From Parcubacteria group bacterium (lineage in GTDB: Bacteria; Patescibacteriota; Minisyncoccia; Phycocordibacterales; UBA2135): a stretch of 64,000 nucleotides of DNA. The stretch spans positions 345,980 to 409,979 of the forward strand of contig JACPBB010000002.1 of the NCBI GenBank assembly GCA_016180525.1. Direction: 5' to 3'. Below, in pieces: positions 57,743-64,000 of the stretch. The notes under the pieces were generated by a model. The model searched no databases, was not told the origin of the DNA, and saw only the letters and a program-made list of their open reading frames with translations. A program made the position numbers and the translations under genes. Numbering within the stretch: the stretch's first letter is position 1; the number at the start of each line of letters is the position of its first letter.

Positions 57743-58094
57743 ATTATAATGTAGTAAAAGACTGTTTCCTCCTTACTTGTAACTGGCAACTAGCCACTAA
57801 CTATTAACAACCAATGAAAGGTGGGGTTAGACAATCTTTTGCTGATAAAAAGCGCTTATGCGCACAATGGGTATTAGTATATCTAAAAGAAAATAAAATG
57901 CAAAAAAGAACACGGCCGTAATTGGCCGTGTATTAGTGAGCATATACAGCTTCAAAGGTTTCCCTCCACTGCACATGCAACTCCTTTCTTCTCTGTCGTG
58001 CGGATTTTTCGGTCAGTTGCGCCGAAAGTCTTACCCCCGAGGAAGACTTTTATGGCGCGGGGCGGGTGAGCGGGGGTGCCTTGCCGAGCGGTCG

Positions 58095-58232
58095 TTAGGC
58101 GGTCTTGTTGGCGCCGGCAATGCCCGCGATGTTGAGATGGGCATTGACGCCGAACGAGGTGCCGGCGGTGATGAAGCCGTTGTCGGTGTCGGTCGTGGCG
58201 ATAAAGGTCGAGTTCTTGCCGGGTGGTCGCAC
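58095..58232 (-). CDS. 45-aa peptide with strong C-ending codon bias
   Basis: AGGGAG SD before GTG; most codons end in C/G, unlike neighbours. Confidence 0.45.
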   Translation of the reverse strand: MRPPGKNSTFIATTDTDNGFITAGTSFGVNAHLNIAGIAGANKTA

Positions 58233-58380
58233 GGGAATCTCCCTTGCTTTGGCGAGGTTGGAACGACTCTGGCACAAGATCTGCCAAAGGTACCCCTATT
58301 ATATACCCCTCAAAATAAAAGTCAATCTTAATAATAGAACCCCCTAGACCCTATACCTCATACCTTATATACTAATATTC

Positions 58381-58995
58381 ATGGTCATCACATATCACGG
58401 AAATCAGTTTTTCAAAATCCAGCAAGGAGACACGCTTCTTGTGTTTAATCCACCGGCAGACGTAAATCGTTTTGGCGCTACCGTTGGACTTTCAACACTT
58501 AATGATAGTGATTTTAACGGTTTAGAACATCTTTCCCACGGAGACAAACAGCCGCTTCTCATTTCAGGGCCTGGAGAATATGAAATCAAAGGAATTTTTA
58601 TACAGGGCTTTGGCGTTCCGATCACTTATAAAAAAGAAGAAAAAATAAACACGGTTTATTATTTAACCCTTGAGGGAGTGCGCATTTGTTTTCTTGGGGC
58701 GCTTTCCAAAACAACATTTTCCGAGGAAATTGAGGAGAACATCTCTGAAGTTGATTTGTTGTTTGTGCCAATCGGAGGTGGAGATGTGCTTACACCCACT
58801 GACGCGTATAAAGTGGGCCAATTTTTTGAAGCAAAAATAATTATTCCCATGCATTATGAAAAAGAGGGCGCTCCGCAGTTGAAAAAGTTTTTGGAAGAAT
58901 CTGGAGAGAAAGTTGCTCCGACTGATAAACTTGCCATACGCAAAAAAGATTTTGAAGGAAAGGAAGGAGAAGTTATAGTACTTAAACAAGTTTAA
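58381..58995 (+). CDS. Metallo-beta-lactamase-fold protein (degenerate)
   Basis: ITYHG..F, GPGEYE, DLLFVPIGG, IPMHY; HxHxDH motif eroded. Confidence 0.85.
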   Translation: MVITYHGNQFFKIQQGDTLLVFNPPADVNRFGATVGLSTLNDSDFNGLEHLSHGDKQPLLISGPGEYEIKGIFIQGFGVPITYKKEEKINTVYYLTLEGVRICFLGALSKTTFSEEIEENISEVDLLFVPIGGGDVLTPTDAYKVGQFFEAKIIIPMHYEKEGAPQLKKFLEESGEKVAPTDKLAIRKKDFEGKEGEVIVLKQV

Positions 58996-59022
58996 ATACT
59001 ATAAACTTCTAATTTTTAAACC

Positions 59023-59274
59023 GTGTTTAACGTCATCGTAAAACTGCAACGGCAGCCGCTTTATGTTCGCAAGCAAGCCGCTTTTTTTATCTCCGGCCTT
59101 ATTGTTTTTATTATTGCGGTACTATGGATTGCAACATTTGGTGAGCGTTTTGCCCCGGACAAAAAAGGAGAAAGCATAGTAACAGAGACAAAAAACGATC
59201 TAGCCCCTTTTGCGCTTTTGAAAGAACAATTCGTTGACCTGCGTTCTCTGTTTCAAAACAAGCCGGAATTTTAA
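59023..59274 (+). CDS. Hypothetical single-pass membrane protein
   Basis: LQRQP..RK then TM helix. Confidence 0.65.
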   Translation: MFNVIVKLQRQPLYVRKQAAFFISGLIVFIIAVLWIATFGERFAPDKKGESIVTETKNDLAPFALLKEQFVDLRSLFQNKPEF

Positions 59275-59381
59275 TTTCTAAGCTGAACGCCATGGTTCCT
59301 TGCGGTGTATGTAGTTTTAATGTTTGAAAAAAATTACTTGATTTTCGTTAAAAGAAAAAGCCCGTGTTCGCTTGATAGCTA

Positions 59382-59849
59382 CTAACGGGCTTGAGTTGAG
59401 CAGTGTTTTTCACGAATCCGAGTGAGGATGTCGCAGAACACCTTCGCGGGTAAAGAGGTGTTGGGAGATTCGGGATGACCCAGGTCGTGTACGAGCGTCA
59501 TGCCCCTTGTGGCGATGAGCGCTTCCAATGCTTCTGAATTTTGTTCGAACTTTGCTCTTATGGCCTTCTCGATGAGACGATGATGCGCTTGCGATCCATA
59601 AGAGAGTACCCCACTCCTCCACCAGATGAACTTTCGTTCAGCGTTTTTTCCAAAGCGTTTTGCAGTTCTACCGACAGATTGAAACGCTTGTTCTCGGCGT
59701 GGATCATTTGTAGGGAATTTTGTTCCCTGAATGAATCCCTCGACCGAAGCAAAACGTATTCCGTCTATAACAAATGAGTCAGCAGAGAAATTAGAAAGCC
59801 GTTGCGCGCGCCAATCTTTCGACTTGCTTCCGATATTCAGAGTTAACAT
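59382..59849 (-). CDS. NADAR-like (phage T4 gp30.3/YbiA-type) protein
   Basis: LSNF..F.IDG..F.SVEG..Q..KF..AKR.G..AKFEQN..L..T..L.H pattern; AGGAGG SD. Confidence 0.75.
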   Translation of the reverse strand: MLTLNIGSKSKDWRAQRLSNFSADSFVIDGIRFASVEGFIQGTKFPTNDPRREQAFQSVGRTAKRFGKNAERKFIWWRSGVLSYGSQAHHRLIEKAIRAKFEQNSEALEALIATRGMTLVHDLGHPESPNTSLPAKVFCDILTRIREKHCSTQAR

Positions 59850-59872
59850 CACGCTTTTCCTCCTTTCAACTT

Positions 59873-60106
59873 TCAAACCTTTGAGTGCTGAACTAATCCT
59901 TGGAGTTCTCCCGACGCCATATGCACAAGCTTCATAGCACGAGATTTTTCGTAACCCTGGCTCATCAATTCTCGGACTACTTGTACCTTTGTTTTGGTAT
60001 CGCTAGGTTTACAATCCGCGTCCTGTAACATCATTACGACGAGTTGGAATTCTTCCTCGTCAACACGCAACTCTGATACATCCCACTTCAAATAGACTTC
60101 CGCCAT
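59873..60106 (-). CDS. Hypothetical protein
   Basis: AGGAG SD; TTGACA-17-TATAAT promoter at 60176-60148. Confidence 0.65.
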   Translation of the reverse strand: MAEVYLKWDVSELRVDEEEFQLVVMMLQDADCKPSDTKTKVQVVRELMSQGYEKSRAMKLVHMASGELQGLVQHSKV

Positions 60107-60326
60107 GATTCATCTCCTGAAATTTAGGGGGTTTCAGATCAATTAACATTATATCAAAAAATTGTTACAATGTCAAATTTTTGAAGATGTGTATGCAAAG
60201 TTTTCCCACGATAACATCTTTTAAAATGGGGATATTTATGCTACGATAAGACTACGAAATAGTACTAAAACAATACGAAATTTTTCGTATTTTTTCGTTT
60301 ACTTTATATAGTTTCGTAGAAATTAA

Positions 60327-62798
60327 ATGGCTAAAAAAGACGATTCAAATAAAAAAGAAGTGGCAGTTTCAACAGGACATGTAATTCCGAGAAACATTAC
60401 GACCGAAATGAAGGAGTCGTATTTGGATTATGCCATGTCCGTCATCGCGTCTCGCGCGCTTCCTGATGTTCGTGATGGTTTGAAGCCGGTGCACCGGCGA
60501 ATTCTCTACGCAATGTCGGGATTAGGACTTTCACACTCCGCACGATTTAGAAAATCAGCGGCAGTTGTTGGTGAAGTGCTCGGAAAATATCATCCACATG
60601 GAGACACATCCGTCTACGACGCGCTTGTGAAAATGGCGCAGGAATTTTCACATCGCTACCCGCTTATTTTAGGACAAGGAAACTTTGGTTCGGTTGATGG
60701 AGACTCTGCGGCGGCAATGCGTTACACGGAAGCAAAAATGTCTCGGCTCTCCGGTGAGTTGCTTCGTGATTTAGATAAAGACACGGTGGAGTGGAGACCA
60801 AACTACGACAATACAAAAAAAGAGCCGACTGTTTTGCCTGCTGTCGTACCGAATCTTTTGCTTAATGGAACACTCGGCATCGCGGTCGGTATGGCGACAA
60901 ATATTCCTCCGCACAATATCAGCGAAGTAGTTGACGCAACAATTCATTTAATTGAGAACGAAGATGCTTCAACGGAAGATCTTTTGAAATTTGTACAAGG
61001 ACCAGATTTCCCGACGGGTGGAGTCGCATTTAACGCGAAGGACATCGCGCATGCTTACGCCACAGGCAAGGGCGGGGTTATTGTTCGTGGAGAAGCAGAA
61101 ATTGTTGAAGGTAAGGGTGGAAATACTCACATTGTTATTACCTCATTGCCGTATCGCGTCAACAAAGCGGAACTTGTTATCCGCATTGCCTCTCTTGTAC
61201 GCGATAAAAAAATTGACGGAATTAGAGGGCTTCGTGATGAAACCGCGAGAGGTGAGACGCGCATTGTCGTTGATTTAAAATCCACCAGTCATCCGCAAAA
61301 AATATTAAACTATCTTTACAAACATTCAGATCTTGAAACTACGTTTCATTACAACATGCTCGCGCTTGTGGATGGAGTGCCACGAGTGCTTTCTCTTAAA
61401 ACAATTCTTAAAGAATTTATTGGTCATCGTGAAGTCGTGGTGCGGAAACGCACGGAGTTTGATTTGAAACGCGCCGAAGAGCGTGCACACATTTTAACAG
61501 GGCTTAAAAAGGCGCTTGACCACATAGACAAGATAATCAAAACAATTAAAGCCTCTGCAGATACTCCCACGGCCCATAAAAATTTGGTTAAAACATTTAA
61601 GTTTTCAGACGCGCAAGCAGCGGCGATTCTTGAAATGAAATTGCAGAAGCTCGCGGGACTTGAACGAAAAAACATTGAGCTGGAACTTAAAGAAAAAATT
61701 CAACTGATTGCGGAACTCAAAGCCCTGCTTGCAAGTCAAAAGAAAATACGCACTGTTATTAAAAATGAACTTTCAGAAATCAAAAAAGTGTATGGAGATG
61801 AGCGACGCACAAAAATAGTAAGGGGCGGAGTGAAAATGCTCTCCATGGAGGATATTATTCCTGATGAAGAGACAGTCGTTGTGCTCACCAAGGGTGGCTA
61901 CATCAAACGCACTAATCCCGCTGAATATCGGCGACAGAAGCGTGGCGGAGTCGGAGTGCAGGATTTAAATACTAAAGAAGAAGATTTTATTACGACACTG
62001 CTTACCGCCACGACTCATAACGACGTGCTCTTTTTTACGAATGCCGGAAAAGTATACCAAAGTAAAATGTATGAAATTCCTGAAGGCAAACGAGCAACGA
62101 AAGGAAAATCAATTATGAACTTTTTGCCACTTGCACAAGGCGAAGAGATAACATCAGTGCTCGCGCTTCCAAAAGTTGCCCGTGAAATTAAAGACCTGTC
62201 TTTGTGCATGGTTACCAAAAATGGAATGGTAAAGAAAGCATCCGCGCAAAGTTTCCTTGATGTGCGCAGAAGCGGGATTATTGCGCTTAAACTCAAAAAA
62301 GGAGATGCCCTTCTCTCTACAATGTTTGTGGAAAAAGGAGACACCGTTGTGCTCTCTTCAACGAAAGGACAGGCAATACGATTTAAAGAATCTGACGTGC
62401 GGGTTATGGGTCGTGCGGCAGCGGGGGTACGGGGAATGAAATTGCGCAGCGGAGACTCTGTCGTAGGAGCGGATGTTGTGCGCAGTCGTTTTAAAGAGCC
62501 GTTTTTGCTTTCAGTATCGGAAAAAGGAAATGGAAAGCGCACGCCAATAAAAGAATATAAAGTGCAAAGACGCGGAGGTTCAGGAATTAAAACTGCGAAA
62601 ATTAACCAAAAAACAGGACCGCTTATTGTCGCTAAAGTAGTAACCGAAGAAGATGAGGAAATCGTGGTTATCTCAAAGCAAAGCCAAGTAATACGGGTCG
62701 CGCTCAAAGAAATTTCATCTCTTGGAAGGCAAACGCAAGGGGTGCGCATAATGAGACTACGAGATAGAGATTCAATCGCGACCTTCATTTGCTTATAA
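60327..62798 (+). CDS. gyrA: DNA gyrase subunit A
   Basis: [29 protein letters not shown], GyrA box QKRGGVG. Confidence 0.98.
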   Translation: MAKKDDSNKKEVAVSTGHVIPRNITTEMKESYLDYAMSVIASRALPDVRDGLKPVHRRILYAMSGLGLSHSARFRKSAAVVGEVLGKYHPHGDTSVYDALVKMAQEFSHRYPLILGQGNFGSVDGDSAAAMRYTEAKMSRLSGELLRDLDKDTVEWRPNYDNTKKEPTVLPAVVPNLLLNGTLGIAVGMATNIPPHNISEVVDATIHLIENEDASTEDLLKFVQGPDFPTGGVAFNAKDIAHAYATGKGGVIVRGEAEIVEGKGGNTHIVITSLPYRVNKAELVIRIASLVRDKKIDGIRGLRDETARGETRIVVDLKSTSHPQKILNYLYKHSDLETTFHYNMLALVDGVPRVLSLKTILKEFIGHREVVVRKRTEFDLKRAEERAHILTGLKKALDHIDKIIKTIKASADTPTAHKNLVKTFKFSDAQAAAILEMKLQKLAGLERKNIELELKEKIQLIAELKALLASQKKIRTVIKNELSEIKKVYGDERRTKIVRGGVKMLSMEDIIPDEETVVVLTKGGYIKRTNPAEYRRQKRGGVGVQDLNTKEEDFITTLLTATTHNDVLFFTNAGKVYQSKMYEIPEGKRATKGKSIMNFLPLAQGEEITSVLALPKVAREIKDLSLCMVTKNGMVKKASAQSFLDVRRSGIIALKLKKGDALLSTMFVEKGDTVVLSSTKGQAIRFKESDVRVMGRAAAGVRGMKLRSGDSVVGADVVRSRFKEPFLLSVSEKGNGKRTPIKEYKVQRRGGSGIKTAKINQKTGPLIVAKVVTEEDEEIVVISKQSQVIRVALKEISSLGRQTQGVRIMRLRDRDSIATFICL

Positions 62799-62874
62799 AC
62801 AACTTACAACGGGTAACTCATAATTTACAACGTAGTTGTGTTGTGAGTTGTTGGTCGTGAGTTATAATATAGAT

Positions 62875-63405
62875 ATGCAATTTAAAGATCCTGAACGAGT
62901 ATTGGATCAATTAGTTCTCGGTCATGGCCGCACGGTTGTTGATCTGGGAGCTGGAAGTGGGGCTTACACACTCTCTGCGGCACGAAGAGTCGGCGATACC
63001 GGGCGGGTGTATGCGGTAGATATCCAAAAAGAATTGTTACAACGGATACAGAATGTTGCAAAAAGAGCGCGCTTGCATAACGTTGATGTTATTTGGGCGG
63101 ATATTGAAAAAATAAACGGAAGCAGCATTAAAGAGGAGACTGCTGATGTTGTTATTGTTTCAAATATTTTATTTCAAGCGGAGGATAAAAAAGCAATTGC
63201 TCGAGAATCTTATAGAATTTTAAAAAATGGCGGAAGGGTACTTGTCGCGGATTGGTCTCTTGCCGGCGGTGTTCTCGGTCCGTCATCTGATTTTGTGTTT
63301 CCACGCGATGAAGCGAAACAATTATTTGAAAATCAGGGATTTTTGTTTGAACGGGATATTGATACGGGAGCCCACCACTACGGAATGGTGTTTCGGAAAA
63401 TTTAG
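62875..63405 (+). CDS. Class I SAM-dependent methyltransferase
   Basis: [21 protein letters not shown] motifs. Confidence 0.9.
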   Translation: MQFKDPERVLDQLVLGHGRTVVDLGAGSGAYTLSAARRVGDTGRVYAVDIQKELLQRIQNVAKRARLHNVDVIWADIEKINGSSIKEETADVVIVSNILFQAEDKKAIARESYRILKNGGRVLVADWSLAGGVLGPSSDFVFPRDEAKQLFENQGFLFERDIDTGAHHYGMVFRKI

Positions 63406-63439
63406 AAAAATAAGGAGTGAAACGACTATATTTTTCTTA

Positions 63440-63575
63440 ACCCTGTTAAATAAATTTTTTAAAAAAATTTATCCTGTTATATCAATCTTCTACAAAAAGT
63501 GCTCTGTTCTGAGAATAAAAAAGTGATACAATTGATTGATGAGATATCGTGATGTAACAGGATATTTAACAGGGT
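63440..63575. repeat. MITE-like element
   Basis: accctgttaaata ... tatttaacagggt perfect 13-bp terminal inverted repeats. Confidence 0.65.
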
Positions 63576-63634
63576 GCTCAATGTTGTCGTAAAATTTACT
63601 TCGCATTGGGCTCATAAATTTTAACAACATTGGC

Positions 63635-64000
63635 ATGAGCAAACTTACTCCATTTCAAGTTATTCTTCTCGGGGTATTTGGTTTTTTTATTATTTTTGCG
63701 GTGCTTGTGTTCTCGGGAATTATTCCGCTTTTTAATAACACACCAAAGGGCGTAGGAGGCGAAGTGCTTTTGTGGGGCACGCTGCCTGCGTCATTTTTAA
63801 ATGAGCAGATTGAAGAATTAAACAGGGAAGCAAGGGGAGCATGGAGTATTTTGTATATTCAGAAAAGACCCGAGACGTTTGACGCGGAACTTGTTGAGGC
63901 ACTTGCGAGTGGCAGGGGGCCGGATGCAATTTTTCTTTCGCAAGATCTTATTTTGCGTCATCGTGACAAAGTATTTCCTATTCCGTATGAGAATCTCTCT
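63635..64000 (+). CDS. Extracellular solute-binding protein, truncated by the window edge
   Basis: MSKLTPFQVILLGVFGFF..LLWGT..ELVEALASGRGPDAI; no stop within the window. Confidence 0.8.
   Translation, partial: MSKLTPFQVILLGVFGFFIIFAVLVFSGIIPLFNNTPKGVGGEVLLWGTLPASFLNEQIEELNREARGAWSILYIQKRPETFDAELVEALASGRGPDAIFLSQDLILRHRDKVFPIPYENLS

Noticed and set aside
57903-58290. tmRNA
   Set aside because: Begins GGGG and has a short Ala-ending ORF, but lacks the tRNA-like T arm and CCA end.
62015-62788. 257-aa antisense ORF and similar shadow ORFs (e.g. 14309-14857, 34890-35477, 48946-49449)
   Set aside because: They lie opposite well-supported genes and have no motifs of their own.
1-64000. CRISPR array
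   Set aside because: No run of equal repeats with unique, regularly sized spacers; repeats are dispersed palindromes or heptamer arrays; no cas genes.

Overview
A 64-kb chromosomal segment of a reduced-genome bacterium, most likely Patescibacteria/CPR (Parcubacteria-like). This is inferred from gene content and style: class II RNR, short ValRS, stand-alone VirD4-like ATPase, leaderless genes and many short palindromes. It holds housekeeping genes (nrdJ, rnpB, murJ, lepA, efp, valS, tsaD, metK, coaD, ftsA/ftsZ, hisS, lepB, pth, rpsA, gyrA), ten tRNA genes (one cut by the window edge) and many single-gene orphan cassettes. No CRISPR array, integrase, transposase or prophage is visible. The most striking signal is a recurring 'broken gene plus intact replacement in place' architecture. 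A tRNA-Gly is split at its anticodon around a complete second tRNA-Gly(CCC). An intact lepA sits between a dead lepA 5' end and a dead lepA 3' end, each carrying the same 38-bp element in inverted orientation. 5' remnants interrupted by palindromic elements precede intact tRNA-Ser(GGA), tRNA-Phe and tRNA-Arg(CCG); at tRNA-Phe a small GIY-YIG nuclease gene lies between remnant and intact copy. Related miniature palindromic elements also sit inside RNase P RNA and in-frame inside proteins. The sequence patterns are directly visible; the mechanism linking them is inference.
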